Counted from the first letter of the stretch, positions 1-9,439 are shown. The stretch: 42,995 nt of DNA from an uncultured Candidatus Saccharibacteria bacterium (GCA_964390475.1 CAYMIB010000002.1:1-42995); one strand, 5' to 3'. The notes: a model not told the origin generated them from the letters alone. Translations and numbers: made by a program.

Positions 1-67
1 ATATAAAAGACGCTAAGACAAGTAATGTCTTACAAAATTTAATAACTATTTAATATGGCTTAAAACA

Positions 68-856
68 TCACTTATTTAGAAGTGCTCTGGTCGCCGGACC
101 AACAAAACCAGTGATAAAACCGACCTCAGACTCATGAGTGGTTTGATACATCAAAACAGCGTTATAGGTGATCGGGCCAAAATAGCCGGTGTTCTCTGGG
201 TAATTCAAGTGTCCCTCTTTTTGAAGTCTTTTTTGAAGCTCAACAACGTCGTTATTTTGCATTCCCCGCTCGAGATTAAAATTAAACAAAAATCTTGGAA
301 CCACACAGAGAGGTAAGTTTTCTAATTCCGAATCAAGTGAAACCGGAGTAGTGGTTGAAACAGGGGTTGTTGTTGCCAAAAGTGTATTCGAGAGATTACT
401 TTCGTCTAAATCATCCCCATCGTCGGAAATTTGGATATTCATCGAACCTCCGCCACCCTCGTCCCCCTCTCCACCATCCTCGTCTGGCAAACCAACCACT
501 TCAACCGATCTAGTTTTTGAGTCACTCAAACCACCAGAATCAGTGACGGAGTACTCGACTGAATAATCACCTGCCACATCAGTATCAACGTCATCTGAAA
601 CTTGGATTGAGGAAGTAAGGTTTCCGTCTTCTGGATCGCTAGCGGTTGCACCCGGATCATTAAAATTATCTCCAACATCAATCGTCATAGAACTTGAACC
701 AATTAAAGTGATTGATGGCGGGTTGTTTTCTTCCTCTTCCTCAATAACGTTAGTAACTTGTGCCCTAGAATAGACAAACAAACCACCGAAAACGATAACT
801 GACACCACCAAAAAAATCTGGACATCCAAACCTCTTTTTTTAATATAAGTCAGCAT
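68..856 (-). CDS. Membrane-anchored exported protein with Ig-like (DUF5011-type) module and C-terminal peptidoglycan-binding domain
   Basis: 262-aa ORF with an N-terminal hydrophobic helix (IFLVVSVIVFGGLFVY). IDVGDNFNDPGATASDPEDGNLTSSI...GDYSVEYSVTDSGG fits the DUF5011/bacterial Ig-like pattern. An acidic and Thr-rich linker follows. C-terminal VVELQKRLQKEGHL..TGYFGPITYNAVLMYQ resembles PG_binding_1. Motifs recognised from memory. Confidence 0.65.
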   Translation of the reverse strand: MLTYIKKRGLDVQIFLVVSVIVFGGLFVYSRAQVTNVIEEEEENNPPSITLIGSSSMTIDVGDNFNDPGATASDPEDGNLTSSIQVSDDVDTDVAGDYSVEYSVTDSGGLSDSKTRSVEVVGLPDEDGGEGDEGGGGSMNIQISDDGDDLDESNLSNTLLATTTPVSTTTPVSLDSELENLPLCVVPRFLFNFNLERGMQNNDVVELQKRLQKEGHLNYPENTGYFGPITYNAVLMYQTTHESEVGFITGFVGPATRALLNK

Positions 857-901
857 AACTTTCGAGCTATTTCACTAACTATTATATTTCACTTTAATTT
901 T

Positions 902-1768
902 TTACGCTTGGTCGTATGAGGATAGGTCAGAATTCCTTCTGGTTTTTAAATATTCGAGTGAACCATACAGACCGCACGAATCACCAAGCTCAGAAATCTT
1001 TATTTCTGGCAGTTCTGGATAAATTTTATTTACTTTACTCAAATATTCCTTAGTTTTTTCAACCGATATCGCTGGGTCACCCGTAATCATCGAACCTCCA
1101 AGAACAATCACGTCAGGCGACCAAAAAACACAAACGTTGTTCAAACCGTAAGCGAGGATTTTAGCCATTTTGTTCCAAAAAGCCGGTTCAACAATGTCCT
1201 TCGGCTCCTTTCCCATTCTTTTCAAAATTCCATGTCCAGAAATATAGTCTTCAAGGAAAGTCCCTTCGGCATCAGTGACGATTGTTCGATCAGCATCAAC
1301 TATCTGATGACCCGGCTCAAAACCAACGGACTTTGAGTCTACCTTTCCACCGACTATTCTTGAACCACCAACACCGGTACTAACCGTAATATATGCAACG
1401 ATTTCAAAACCACGACCAGCGCCATGGACCGCTTCACCCAAACCACCCATCGCCGCGTCATTTTCTATATAGACCGGCGCATTGAAAAAAGTTTCGAGTT
1501 CCGAACAAATCGGCTTACCAATCCAATCTTTCAGATTTGGTCCGTTTACAAGAAGCAGTTTTTTCTGGTTAAAGGTACCAGCAATGCCGCCAGAAACCGC
1601 ATCAATTCCTTCACCGCCAGCCAATGCCATAGCAGTTTTTTTAAACTCGACCAGCCCTTCCGTATAAGTTTCCGGAGTCGAGATTACGACAGTTTTGTCT
1701 AACGTTTCGCCGTCTCGAGACGAACCAAGCCGCATTTTTGTCCCACCTATATCAAAAACGATGTACAT
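902..1768 (-). CDS. ROK-family sugar kinase (probable glucokinase)
   Basis: 288-aa ORF. N-terminal FDIGGTKMRLG ATPase motif; ENDAAMGGLGE and TVSTGVGGS motifs are typical of ROK/ASKHA kinases. Confidence 0.8.
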   Translation of the reverse strand: MYIVFDIGGTKMRLGSSRDGETLDKTVVISTPETYTEGLVEFKKTAMALAGGEGIDAVSGGIAGTFNQKKLLLVNGPNLKDWIGKPICSELETFFNAPVYIENDAAMGGLGEAVHGAGRGFEIVAYITVSTGVGGSRIVGGKVDSKSVGFEPGHQIVDADRTIVTDAEGTFLEDYISGHGILKRMGKEPKDIVEPAFWNKMAKILAYGLNNVCVFWSPDVIVLGGSMITGDPAISVEKTKEYLSKVNKIYPELPEIKISELGDSCGLYGSLEYLKTRRNSDLSSYDQA

Positions 1769-1794
1769 TATTCAATAATTAAATTTGAAAAAGA

Positions 1795-2760
1795 CTAAGC
1801 GATTAATTTTTTAAACTCCTCAACCATCGGAACCTTCTCTGGTTCAGTGCCATACATCTTCGACAAAGCTAGAGCGGTCCAGTCAGCCAAAATCAAAGAA
1901 TTAAATATTTTTTCAAAGCTAGAGTTGCCAGAAAGTGAAATGATTTCTACTTCAAAACCTCTACTTCGCAAAAGGTTGGCCAGAGTTTCCATTCTATGCA
2001 TAATTTTTGGTGAATCGTTTTGATCTTCGATGAAAATGAAGTGGAAATTTGAAGAAAGGCCCCTGGTGCCATCAACAACATCAAAACCAGTCATTTCATT
2101 ATGATTGAGCTCTGGAAAGGTGTTATAAAAAGCTGGAATCTTGGCTGTTTCGTTGAATTTAATTTTCCAGTTGTAAGAAATCGCCAGATTTGCCCGCGAA
2201 GAATACACCACCGGAACTTTTCCATTGAGTTTTTCAGCCAACATTTTTCCTGACTCAACAAAATCTTCAGGTTTCAACTTCGAACCAAAATTAACAAGTT
2301 CACCAAGAGTTTCTTCGTCTCCGATCAATTTAACTAAAGAAATCAAAGAAAGACCCAAGGCGCTACGTGGCTGAACACCGGTTTGAGGTAAGACAATGTG
2401 TGGCAAATCATTCTTTTTGGCAAATTCAACGAGCGCTCCACCAGTGGCAATTACTGCAAGGTTATACCCACCAGCCAAAGCCTTATCTGCAAAATCGAGA
2501 ACTTCCTCAGTGTTTCCAGAGTATGAGCTAGCGATGAAAAGGCTATTTTTGAAGCGTTTTTCAGAAAGAGCTGGTAAACCGTAGTCGCGGTGAACATACA
2601 TATCAATCTGAGGATTAATAATCTTTAAAATACCTGACGCTAAATGCGAACCACCCATTCCACAGAGTACGAAGCTGTTGGTCGCTTTTAGTTTCGACTC
2701 GTTTTCAATTGTTGGGCTAAAGCTAAATTGTGAGGCCAGATTTTTAATTGCATCTTCCAT
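1795..2760 (-). CDS. Bifunctional phosphoglucose/phosphomannose isomerase (SIS-domain PGI/PMI)
   Basis: 321-aa ORF. GMGGSHLASGILK and SSYSGNTEE SIS motifs. Size and layout match the archaeal/CPR-type PGI/PMI family, and it lies next to a sugar kinase. Confidence 0.75.
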   Translation of the reverse strand: MEDAIKNLASQFSFSPTIENESKLKATNSFVLCGMGGSHLASGILKIINPQIDMYVHRDYGLPALSEKRFKNSLFIASSYSGNTEEVLDFADKALAGGYNLAVIATGGALVEFAKKNDLPHIVLPQTGVQPRSALGLSLISLVKLIGDEETLGELVNFGSKLKPEDFVESGKMLAEKLNGKVPVVYSSRANLAISYNWKIKFNETAKIPAFYNTFPELNHNEMTGFDVVDGTRGLSSNFHFIFIEDQNDSPKIMHRMETLANLLRSRGFEVEIISLSGNSSFEKIFNSLILADWTALALSKMYGTEPEKVPMVEEFKKLIA

Positions 2761-2809
2761 AGTTTGATAATTATACCCTATCTATTTTGACTGCTTAACC
2801 CTATCTTAA

Positions 2810-3943
2810 CTACTTAATCGCCTTAGCAATCGCCCTTACTACTTGTTTATCAAAAACATCCGGCAGGATTTTATCAACAGATCGGTTCTTAGTTATTCGA
2901 GCCAAATTCTCCGCCGCCCGCACGAACATTTCATTTTTAAATTGAGTAATTTTATTATCAAGTGCTCCTCGAAAAATTCCCGGGTAGGCCAAAACATTAT
3001 TCACTTGGTTTGGAAAATCAGAACGGCCAGTGGCGACGATAAATGCACCAGCAGATTTGGCAACGTCGGGCATAATTTCTGGAACCGGGTTGGCCATGGC
3101 AAAAATAATCGGTGATTTTTCCATTGACTGCACCATTTCTTTTGTCACTAAATTAGCGACACTCACCCCAATAAAAACGTGGGCACCATGTAAAACATCT
3201 GACAGACTCCCCTTCAAACCTTTTTTGTTCGTTACTTTCGCTAGTCTAACTTTTTCTGGATTCAGGCCTTCCCTCCCAGCATAAATAGCACCCTTTGTAT
3301 CACAAACTACAACATCGTTGATTCCATACGAAAGAAGGATGTTGGTGATGGCTGTGCCTGCCGCCCCACCACCGTTTATCACCACTCGAGCCTCTTCGGG
3401 CTTAAGTTTTCGAAGCTTCAAGGAGTTGATCAACCCAGCCAAAACCACTGTAGCCGTACCGTGCTGATCGTCGTGCATTACTGGAATATCGAGTTCAGCT
3501 CGCAATCTTTCTTCAATTTCAAAGCATCTTGGCGCCGAAATATCCTCGAGGTTAATCGCCCCAAAAACCGGCGTAATGTTTTTGATAATCATTATTATCT
3601 CTTCAACATCCTGAGTTTTAAGACAAATCGGAAATGCATCGATGCCAGCAAATTCATTAAACAATGCCGCCTTGCCTTCCATAACCGGAATCGCCGCCTC
3701 TGGCCCAATATTTCCTAAACCAAGCACCGAAGAACCGTCACTGATCACAGCCACGGAATTATTTTTGATTGTAAATTCTTTTGCCAGCTTTTTATTGCCG
3801 GCGATTGCCCGACTAACCGCACCAACTCCAGGAGTGTAGGCCAAAGAAAGAGTTCGACGATTTTTTATCGGCATTCGACTTTTAACCGAAATTTTTCCAC
3901 GATGTTTTTTATGAAAACTTATCGAATCTTTAAAAAGGTCCAT
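2810..3943 (-). CDS. NAD(P)-dependent malic enzyme (short form)
   Basis: 377-aa [20 protein letters not shown] and NGGGAAGTA (dinucleotide fold) are hallmark malic-enzyme motifs. Confidence 0.85.
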   Translation of the reverse strand: MDLFKDSISFHKKHRGKISVKSRMPIKNRRTLSLAYTPGVGAVSRAIAGNKKLAKEFTIKNNSVAVISDGSSVLGLGNIGPEAAIPVMEGKAALFNEFAGIDAFPICLKTQDVEEIIMIIKNITPVFGAINLEDISAPRCFEIEERLRAELDIPVMHDDQHGTATVVLAGLINSLKLRKLKPEEARVVINGGGAAGTAITNILLSYGINDVVVCDTKGAIYAGREGLNPEKVRLAKVTNKKGLKGSLSDVLHGAHVFIGVSVANLVTKEMVQSMEKSPIIFAMANPVPEIMPDVAKSAGAFIVATGRSDFPNQVNNVLAYPGIFRGALDNKITQFKNEMFVRAAENLARITKNRSVDKILPDVFDKQVVRAIAKAIK

Positions 3944-4010
3944 AAGTGCTGATTATAGGTAATGTGAGAATTTTATCCAGCGCAGCACCCTAAAGCATAA
4001 AACATAAAGA

Positions 4011-4032
4011 GCGGGACTGTTAGTCGTCCCGC
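4011..4032 (-). terminator. Intrinsic terminator of the 4041-4385 cassette
   Basis: Minus strand reads GCGGGAC-gactaaca-GTCCCGC followed by tctttatgtttta, 9 nt after the stop codon. Confidence 0.7.
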
Positions 4033-4040
4033 CCCACTTA

Positions 4041-4385
4041 TTACTTCTTTGTTCCCACGACGACCGGTTTCACGCCCTTCATCTGGTCCACCCAAGTGTT
4101 GTAGCGATCAATCCCGCCCTTGATCTTTTTATAGTCCGAGTCCCTCATGAGCTCACCGATAAGGTTGTTACTGATGCGCTCAGGGTTTTTGGGATCAACA
4201 ATTTGCTTGATCCGCCTCTTGAGATCGACGCTGGAAGGAGTGATGTGCTCGATGATCCTGGTCCGCAGACCAATAATCTCGTGATGACTGAAGTCGTTTT
4301 TCGTGACTTCATCTCCCTTCGACTCCCTTGGGTCAAGCTTCCTATGGACCATCGACTGTTGTACCAACATTGTAGTTCCGAGCAT
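4041..4385 (-). CDS. Hypothetical protein (GC-rich orphan cassette 1)
   Basis: The track ORF begins at a TTG (4388). The ATG at 4385 is preceded by AGGAG with 7-nt spacing (gaAGGAGttcgttgATG). 114 aa with no motif I recognise. GC is visibly higher than the neighbours. Confidence 0.7.
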   Translation of the reverse strand: MLGTTMLVQQSMVHRKLDPRESKGDEVTKNDFSHHEIIGLRTRIIEHITPSSVDLKRRIKQIVDPKNPERISNNLIGELMRDSDYKKIKGGIDRYNTWVDQMKGVKPVVVGTKK

Positions 4386-4466
4386 CAACGAACTCCTTCT
4401 CGCTGCACAAATATTGTGAGTGAAACGACCAGCGACACAGTGTCGCGAGTTACAGTTCCAAATAGT

Positions 4467-4496
4467 AGCTTAACTGGACAAGCGAAGACTTGTCAA
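4467..4496 (-). promoter_or_regulatory. Putative sigma70 promoter with near-palindromic -35 region
   Basis: Minus strand: TTGACAagtcttcgcttgtccagtTAAGCT. The -35 is a perfect TTGACA, the spacer is 18 nt and the -10 is TAAGCT. TTGACAAG-n6-CTTGTCca is a near inverted repeat. Confidence 0.4.
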
Positions 4497-4525
4497 ACCA
4501 TTATGTGAACAGGCTTGTAAACAAT

Positions 4526-5740
4526 TTAGTTTCTGGGCTTAACTGTTTTTGTAGGTAAATCAATACTTCTGACTTCGGCTTTTTGATTATCTGTTGGATT
4601 TTTTACTGACGCTTCCTTTTCTTTGTTTTCTTTTTCAGCTAGTTCTGACTGACTAGTAGATTCCGATTCTGACTTTAAATTAATTTTTACTTCATCGGGT
4701 ATATTTTGGTCCTGAACAAGTCCGTAGGCCTCCTTAAACAAAGCAAAAGCTTCGGTATATTGCTGATTTTTCAGTTTCTCTTCGCCAAGTCTGATCAACT
4801 CCCGAGCATGAATCAATGGATCAACAACCGTAACGACTTCGATTTCACCTGCAACTGTAGAAGTTTTGGCACTTTTGGTATCAACCGGTTGGATTGAGTC
4901 AGCGGTAGGCGCGGTAACAGAAGCCGGAGCAGAAACAGTCATCAAGGAGATTTCTCCAGTAACAATTTTACCCTCCACAGACTGCAGGGCTCTTTTTGCG
5001 GATTCAAGTTTAGCTTCAGCAATAACCTTTACGTCGTCATCAGTTTTTACAGCCAAAATCTGGTTTTCTGCATTTTCCTTCGATATAACCGAGGCCTTAT
5101 GTGGCTCGCTAAGAATATCTTTAATCACACCATCAGTTTCCAAAGAAGTTTCGAGATCGTTACTGATCACAAAAGCCGTCTTGAGATCACCGCTCTTGCC
5201 GCTTTTAGCTAAGTTTTCGACTTCTTTCTGAACCTTAAAAACATGAGAACTTAGTCTGACTGATATCTGATCTTTGATTTCTGGTGACAAACGATCTTCA
5301 ACAACTAGTTTTTTGGCTTCCTCAACGCGGTTTTTCGCTCGCTTTACTTCATATTCGATCTGAGCAGTGCCAGAAAGAAGAGCTGACTTAACACCCTCGT
5401 TTATGTTGACCATTATTGGGTAAAGAATGTCTCCAGGCAAAGAGTTTTGAGCGGCAAAAGAAGTTCCACCGGCACCGACAACCACAAAAAACATTATGAC
5501 GACGGCCGCAGCGCGGAGACTGTGGATATGAAATAAGGAAATAACTGATTGGAAATTTCCAGCCATGAATGGAGATTTTATCGGCGAGGCTGGCACAGTG
5601 TCCGTGGTCGCAACAAAAATTGGATTTTTCTTTACAAAAGAATCAACGGCAGAAAAGAGAGTGGTTTTTTCCCGCTCTGAAAGTGAGGTGGTTTTTGCCT
5701 TTTCCACCAGTTTTGAAAATATGTCTTTTTCGTTATTCAT
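4526..5740 (-). CDS. Putative anti-sigma factor / membrane protein coupled to the ECF sigma factor
   Basis: 404-aa ORF whose start overlaps the stop of the upstream sigma gene by 8 nt. One TM helix (AAAVVIMFFVVVGAGGTSFAA) and a long coiled, charged extracytoplasmic part. Function is inferred from position only. Confidence 0.5.
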   Translation of the reverse strand: MNNEKDIFSKLVEKAKTTSLSEREKTTLFSAVDSFVKKNPIFVATTDTVPASPIKSPFMAGNFQSVISLFHIHSLRAAAVVIMFFVVVGAGGTSFAAQNSLPGDILYPIMVNINEGVKSALLSGTAQIEYEVKRAKNRVEEAKKLVVEDRLSPEIKDQISVRLSSHVFKVQKEVENLAKSGKSGDLKTAFVISNDLETSLETDGVIKDILSEPHKASVISKENAENQILAVKTDDDVKVIAEAKLESAKRALQSVEGKIVTGEISLMTVSAPASVTAPTADSIQPVDTKSAKTSTVAGEIEVVTVVDPLIHARELIRLGEEKLKNQQYTEAFALFKEAYGLVQDQNIPDEVKINLKSESESTSQSELAEKENKEKEASVKNPTDNQKAEVRSIDLPTKTVKPRN

Positions 5741-6296
5741 GTTGGTTTACTAAAATCTGTTCAGCTGCTTGTGGTTCCGACAATGGAGACGAGGCTTGCT
5801 GGTCTCTCAGGATACTGCGTAACTTCTGCAATCCTCGGTGGATTCTGACCGATATATTGTTCTCGGTTTCGCCAGTAATCTCAGCAATTTCTTTGACGGA
5901 TAAGCCCTCAACATATTGCATATATATGGCATCCCGGTACTTTTCTGGTATAGAAGCTAGGAAAGCCATAGCCCGCTCACCGTCAAATTTGTCAATGATT
6001 GCCTCACTTATTTCGACTCCGACGTCAAAACCCTCTTCCATCAGACTGTCGAGCGAGCTTGCCTTTTTCTTGCGATATTGGTCGATTATGAGGTTTTTGG
6101 CAGTAGTAAAGAAAAGAGCCCTTAAGTTAACTATTTCCTTGCCATTTTTGGCATATTGCCAGACCTTCATGAAGGTTTCCTGGGTTATATCCTTAGCCAT
6201 TTCCCGGTCCGAAACACGCATAAGACAGAAGCGGAAAATAGCATCCGTATTTGCCTTGTAGGTCTCGAGAAATTGATTTTCGAAGTTTTTATTCAT
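5733..6296 (-). CDS. ECF-type RNA polymerase sigma factor (sigma-70 family)
   Basis: 187 aa. Region 2 reads IFRFCLMRVSDREMAKDITQETFMKVWQ. Region 4 HTH reads YVEGLSVKEIAEITGETENNISVRIHRGLQKLR. Confidence 0.85.
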   Translation of the reverse strand: MNKNFENQFLETYKANTDAIFRFCLMRVSDREMAKDITQETFMKVWQYAKNGKEIVNLRALFFTTAKNLIIDQYRKKKASSLDSLMEEGFDVGVEISEAIIDKFDGERAMAFLASIPEKYRDAIYMQYVEGLSVKEIAEITGETENNISVRIHRGLQKLRSILRDQQASSPLSEPQAAEQILVNQHE

Positions 6297-6410
6297 TCGC
6301 TAAGTTTATAAGTAATGGAATTCTACAACATTTACCAAAATTGTATAGCTTAAGTAAGGGTTCCTATTTGGGGCTGTTTGACAGCAATTTTGATGCTAAA
6401 ATGAATAGAT

Positions 6411-6701
6411 ATGGAAAAAGAAAATATTTTTAAAATTTTGATTGCGGTTTGTGCTGTTTTGGCAGTTGCGGTCATCATTACAACCACCGGTTGGGTTAAA
6501 TCAAACCAGGAGCTTCGCGGTTTTAGAAGTGGTGACGGCGAACTTATCGGGCTTGAAGAATCATTCGCGGTTTGTGAGGACACCAGCGAAATTAATAAGC
6601 AGAATCAATGCGTTGAAAGGCTGAGCGAATTATCAAAACTCTTGGCAAAATACGCCGAAAAATTGAAAGAGATTGAAATCCCCGTTCAGCCTGCCCAATA
6701 G
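6411..6701 (+). CDS. Small single-pass membrane protein, hypothetical
   Basis: 96 aa with one N-terminal TM (ILIAVCAVLAVAVIITTTGWV) and a helical charged tail with two Cys. Confidence 0.5.
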   Translation: MEKENIFKILIAVCAVLAVAVIITTTGWVKSNQELRGFRSGDGELIGLEESFAVCEDTSEINKQNQCVERLSELSKLLAKYAEKLKEIEIPVQPAQ

Positions 6702-6729
6702 ATTAAGCGATTAAGCCCAGGCTTCTAGC

Positions 6730-7005
6730 CTAAATTTGCTCCTGACTTTCTTCAAATATACTCTCGCAATTTTCAAGAATTGACATCAATTCATTGCGGG
6801 CTTGTTCGGTTGTAGTAGCCTGACCACCATTAGCTGCCCTCCAAGCATCAAGCTGAGTCCGACATTCTCCAACGTTCGCAGAAATTTCATCAAACGTTTC
6901 GGAAACCGGCTCACTTGGTTTCGTAAAATAAAGCACTGCAAAAATAATAGCGATAATCGCGAGCACAATTGATAAATACTTGTATGTGTTGTTGTTTTGT
7001 TCCAT
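6730..7005 (-). CDS. Small single-pass membrane protein, hypothetical
   Basis: 91 aa with an N-terminal TM (YLSIVLAIIAIIFAVLYF) and a tail with two Cys. Convergent with 6411-6701 and of similar architecture. Confidence 0.5.
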   Translation of the reverse strand: MEQNNNTYKYLSIVLAIIAIIFAVLYFTKPSEPVSETFDEISANVGECRTQLDAWRAANGGQATTTEQARNELMSILENCESIFEESQEQI

Positions 7006-7122
7006 GGTTTTATTTTCCTAAAATTAAGCTTCGAAAATAAATAATAATTTAGTAAACACCAAAAGCCACAAGAACTAAAAAAACCACCCTTTTTTATACT
7101 ACTCCCATTAAAATAAATGAAA

Positions 7123-7144
7123 AGACCCAACATGTGCTGGGTCT
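7123..7144 (-). terminator. Intrinsic terminator of the 7167-7460 cassette
   Basis: Minus strand: AGACCCA-gcacatgt-TGGGTCT followed by tttcatttatttta. Confidence 0.7.
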
Positions 7145-7166
7145 TGTTTGCGCTTTTGCGCTTGGT

Positions 7167-7460
7167 TTAGGCGGCGTTGGCGCTCGCGCTCGCGACTGGC
7201 TCCGAGCTCCACAAAATGAAGTTGTTGTTGGGAGTCCATTCGATCACGGTTTTGGGACCGTGATACTGAGCAACGATTGTGAAGAAGATGACTCTTGCTT
7301 CCGCCACCCCCTTGTTGTACCTCTCTCGGGTGAGGTAGTCCCCGACATTGCTCACGTTCTGATTGCCAACGTTGTACATACCGCTAAAGCGCTGGACAAG
7401 CTCATTGAGCTCCTGCCAAGCGGCCGTAACGGATGGGTCGGGTACGATCGGCTTTCGCAT
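7167..7460 (-). CDS. Hypothetical protein (GC-rich orphan cassette 2)
   Basis: The track ORF starts at a GTG (7496). The internal ATG at 7460 has a strong SD (aAAGGAGAccgacATG). 97 aa with no recognised motif. Confidence 0.7.
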   Translation of the reverse strand: MRKPIVPDPSVTAAWQELNELVQRFSGMYNVGNQNVSNVGDYLTRERYNKGVAEARVIFFTIVAQYHGPKTVIEWTPNNNFILWSSEPVASASANAA

Positions 7461-7517
7461 GTCGGTCTCCTTTTTTTGTTTTGCGCTGTTCACCACAAGG
7501 TTTACAGCTCTATGTAC

Positions 7518-7546
7518 ATCCTAACACAGTTGACAAGATTTGTCAA
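7518..7546 (-). promoter_or_regulatory. Sigma70 extended -10 promoter with perfect palindrome over the -35
   Basis: Minus strand: TTGACAaatcttgtcaactgTGtTAGGAT with a 17-nt spacer. TTGACAA-n3-TTGTCAA is a perfect inverted repeat (7530-7546). It sits 7 nt downstream of the tRNA-Ala 3' end. Confidence 0.55.
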
Positions 7547-7552
7547 AAATTG

Positions 7553-7625
7553 TGGACCATAGGGGAATCGAACCCCTTGCCTCTTCCATGCCATGGAAGC
7601 GCTCTACCAAGTGAGCTAATGGCCC
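7553..7625 (-). tRNA. tRNA-Ala (anticodon GGC)
   Basis: Minus strand: GGGCCATTAGCTCACTTGGTAGAGCGCTTCCATGGCATGGAAGAGGCAAGGGGTTCGATTCCCCTATGGTCCA. It folds as a cloverleaf. Anticodon loop is AT-GGC-AT. G3:U70 alanine identity pair and GTTCGAT T-loop are present. CCA is not encoded. Confidence 0.9.
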
Positions 7626-7632
7626 TATACAG

Positions 7633-8199
7633 CTACGTTTTACGTCGAAAACATCCTACCATGTGGTCATCGACCATTCCAACAGCTTGCATATGAGCAT
7701 ACGCAACCGTCGGTCCGAAAAAGCCAAAGCCGCGTTTCTTTAAATCTTTCGCAAACGCTTCAGCTTCTGGGATAAATTTTGGGTATTGCTTTAGGTCCGA
7801 TATTTTGTGTTTAATTGTCTTCCCCTTAACAAAGTTCCACATGTAAGCGTCGAAGGAACCGAATTCTTTTTGGATTTCCAAGAAAACTTGAGCGTTTTTG
7901 ATGGCCGCGTTTATTTTCTGTCGATTACGGATGATTTCAGGATTTTTTAAAAATCGCGTGACATCTTTTGCCCCAAATTTTGCCACTTTCTTTGGATCAA
8001 AGTTCGCGAAGGCTTTTCTGTAACCATCACGTTTTTTTAGGACAATTGCCCAAGAAAGGCCGGCCTGAGCACTCTCAAGTACGATGAATTCAAAAAGTTT
8101 TCGATCGTCATGAACCGGTACGCCCCATTCTTTGTCGTGGTATTTTTCGTATATTTCGTTTCCGGACGGAACCCAAGCGCAGCGGTTTACAGATTTCAT
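7633..8199 (-). CDS. tag: DNA-3-methyladenine glycosylase I
   Basis: RCAWVP...YEKYHDKEWGVPVHDDRKLFEFIVLESAQAGLSW is the Tag signature. I start at the ATG at 8199 (MKSVNRCAW) because the longer track ORF (to 8265) overlaps the upstream ORF. Confidence 0.85.
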   Translation of the reverse strand: MKSVNRCAWVPSGNEIYEKYHDKEWGVPVHDDRKLFEFIVLESAQAGLSWAIVLKKRDGYRKAFANFDPKKVAKFGAKDVTRFLKNPEIIRNRQKINAAIKNAQVFLEIQKEFGSFDAYMWNFVKGKTIKHKISDLKQYPKFIPEAEAFAKDLKKRGFGFFGPTVAYAHMQAVGMVDDHMVGCFRRKT

Positions 8200-8203
8200 T
8201 AAA

Positions 8204-8482
8204 TTATTCCCTGCTGTGATTTTGCAAAGATTTATACAGAGTTCCAGTAAGAAAAAGAGCGACAATGCCGATAAAAATTAGCACAAGCGGATGCTCGTTG
8301 AATAGATTTATTTGATCAGCAAAAAGTTCGAAGCCGTGCAAAATGGCGGCGACACTGAAGACGATTAGAAAAGAAAAAAGAAGTGGGTAGCGACGCAAAA
8401 CTGGTTGAGTGTACTTACCAAGATTTTCATGAACTTCTTTCGTTATCTCCTCTGCGTGTTGAATTGGATCTTTTTTAAACAT
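8204..8482 (-). CDS. Small two-TM membrane protein, hypothetical
   Basis: 92 aa with two hydrophobic helices (LLFSFLIVFSVAAILHGF; LVLIFIGIVALFLTGTLY), tightly packed between trhO and tag. Confidence 0.5.
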   Translation of the reverse strand: MFKKDPIQHAEEITKEVHENLGKYTQPVLRRYPLLFSFLIVFSVAAILHGFELFADQINLFNEHPLVLIFIGIVALFLTGTLYKSLQNHSRE

Positions 8483-8507
8483 CAGAAAAAATTAAAGGGG
8501 TAAAAAG

Positions 8508-9425
8508 TTAGAAGGGGTTATGGGCTAAACTTCGCCCTTTTAGTATAGCTGATTCTCGGCATTCATTGGAGCAGAAAATTCCACCTTCACTGCAGTTTTC
8601 ACAACAAATAAAATGACCGTGACAGTCTAGGTTTTCGCAGTTCATGCAACGTTCAGAACTCGTTCCGCAGAGTTTGCATTTGCCGACAACCGTGTGCTGT
8701 TCTGGCGAATCGTAGTTTACGACCACCCGACCATCAAAAACATAAAGCGAACCTTTAAATTTTTTGCCTGGATGTTTTTCGAGATAGCGGACAATGCCGC
8801 CGTGGAGCTGGTAGACATCCTTGAACCCTTTTTCAATAAGATATGCGCTGGCTTTTTCGCAACGCACGCCGCCAGTGCAGACCGGCACGACGGTTTCATC
8901 TTTTAGCTCTGGATGCTCAGCTAAAATTTTCTCAACCGCTTTCGGAATGTCGCGGAAGTTTTCAGCAGGCATGAGAAGTGAATTTTCAAAATGGCCAACA
9001 GAATATTCGTAGTCATTTCGCATGTCGATAACCACAAAATCTTTGTCATCTTCATACCATTTCTGAAGTTCGTCTGGTGAAAGATATGTCCCCTTTTTAA
9101 AATCACCTGATTCCTTAAATTTGGCCGAACCAGTACCGAGAGTTACAATTTCTGGCCGAACCCTTACAGAAAGCCGTGGAAAGGCCTTACCGGTGCCGAT
9201 GCTTTCTTTGAAATCAACGTCCATAAAACGTTCGTCGGCCCGCATATGCGCTATATACTTTTGAACATTTTCTTTTTCGCCCTCAACGGTGCCGTTAATT
9301 CCCTCTTTTGAAACAATGATTCGACCCTTGAGGTCAAGTTTTTGGCACAATAAAAGCTGATCCTGACGGAGTTTTGCTGGATCCGAGATCGGAACGTATT
9401 TGTAATACAGGAGGATAACGTGCAC
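8508..9425 (-). CDS. trhO: Rhodanese-domain tRNA uridine(34) hydroxylase (UPF0176/YceA family)
   Basis: 305 aa. N-terminal ILLYYKY pattern, rhodanese active-site loop CTGGVRCEKAS and a C-terminal Cys-rich tail, as in TrhO/YceA. Confidence 0.75.
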   Translation of the reverse strand: MHVILLYYKYVPISDPAKLRQDQLLLCQKLDLKGRIIVSKEGINGTVEGEKENVQKYIAHMRADERFMDVDFKESIGTGKAFPRLSVRVRPEIVTLGTGSAKFKESGDFKKGTYLSPDELQKWYEDDKDFVVIDMRNDYEYSVGHFENSLLMPAENFRDIPKAVEKILAEHPELKDETVVPVCTGGVRCEKASAYLIEKGFKDVYQLHGGIVRYLEKHPGKKFKGSLYVFDGRVVVNYDSPEQHTVVGKCKLCGTSSERCMNCENLDCHGHFICCENCSEGGIFCSNECRESAILKGRSLAHNPF

Positions 9426-9439
9426 AGTTTTAGTTCAGT

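Noticed and set aside
5569-6261. 230-aa + strand ORF antisense to the ECF sigma factor
   Set aside because: It is fully antisense to a gene with clear sigma-70 region 2 and 4 motifs. The product is Ser/Leu/Cys/Trp-rich with no RBS.
7134-7562. 142-aa + strand ORF (GTG start) overlapping cassette 2 and the tRNA
   Set aside because: It is antisense to the SD-supported 97-aa ORF. It runs through the terminator hairpin and into the tRNA-Ala gene.
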